A DNA stretch of 64,000 nucleotides from Balanoglossus misakiensis. Its lineage: Eukaryota; Animalia; Hemichordata. The position numbers were made by a program, and so were the translations under genes. The stretch lies in contig CM082593.2 in the NCBI GenBank assembly GCA_040954595.2, forward strand, positions 11,896,653-11,960,652. Reading direction: 5' to 3'. The notes beneath the pieces are model-generated. The model saw only the letters and a program-made list of their open reading frames with translations. It ran no database searches and was not told the origin of the DNA. Of the stretch, positions 63,701 to 64,000 are shown piece by piece (position 1 is the first letter of the stretch; each line of letters opens with the position of its first letter).

Positions 63701-64000
63701 ATAAGATTGTGTTTGAGTTAAATGTGCGATATGAAGTTTTTGGGCCCGAATAAAGGATGGTTTTATGTTATGTTCAAAGAAAGGTTTTAGAATGATTTAA
63801 CAGTTTTCCAAAGGCTTAAATGGGGATGTAAATATATAGAAATTGCTTGTTAAATCATTTCCGTAAAACATACGCTTTGTGAATATGACATTGATTTTTT
63901 AAGGTATTAAACATTTTTTGTGAAAAATTAAAGCGTGTTATAGAAAAAAATTTCAAAAAGGTTTTTAATAATGACCCCACATTGTTTTTTAGCCTAAATA
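57790..64000. repeat. AT-rich satellite, unit about 1.5 kb with degenerate subrepeats of about 100-110 bp, in mixed orientations
   Basis: ccatcctttattcgRgcccaaaaacttcatatcgcaca at about 58791 and 60272. Reverse-complement copies at about 61420-61457 and 63723-63760. Confidence 0.92.

Overview
This is eukaryotic animal DNA (AT-rich, GT-AG introns, transposon families typical of marine invertebrates; the taxon cannot be fixed from sequence). It contains no intact protein-coding gene, RNA gene or CRISPR array. Bases 1-44.5 kb are a tandem segmental triplication, with equivalent positions at 1, 19715 and 37812. The duplicated unit carries two decaying exon clusters on the + strand. The first is an array of 14-15 symmetric phase-1 exons of 117-123 bp, each encoding one EGF-like module with an unusual, consistently placed 8-cysteine pattern. 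The second is five exons of a Cys-rich CPAG/GCC2-GCC3 (ephrin-receptor-like) repeat protein. Both clusters carry stops, frameshifts and splice-site losses. The introns contain many transposon relics: L2/CR1 and L1/Tx1 LINE fragments, a Gypsy (Mag-like) LTR element, Helentron/DINE-like and Crypton-like elements, and several MITEs whose filled and empty sites can be compared between copies. From 44.55 kb to the end there are three abutting satellite blocks: a G-rich GGGTCAA/AGGTCA-based satellite with a 3.2-3.4 kb higher-order period, a C/A-rich satellite of about 570-600 bp, and an AT-rich satellite of about 1.5 kb with repeated orientation flips. This looks like a euchromatin-to-heterochromatin boundary. 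The best candidates for something new are the 8-Cys EGF module (possible inter-domain disulfide staple) and the satellite built from nuclear-receptor half-sites.
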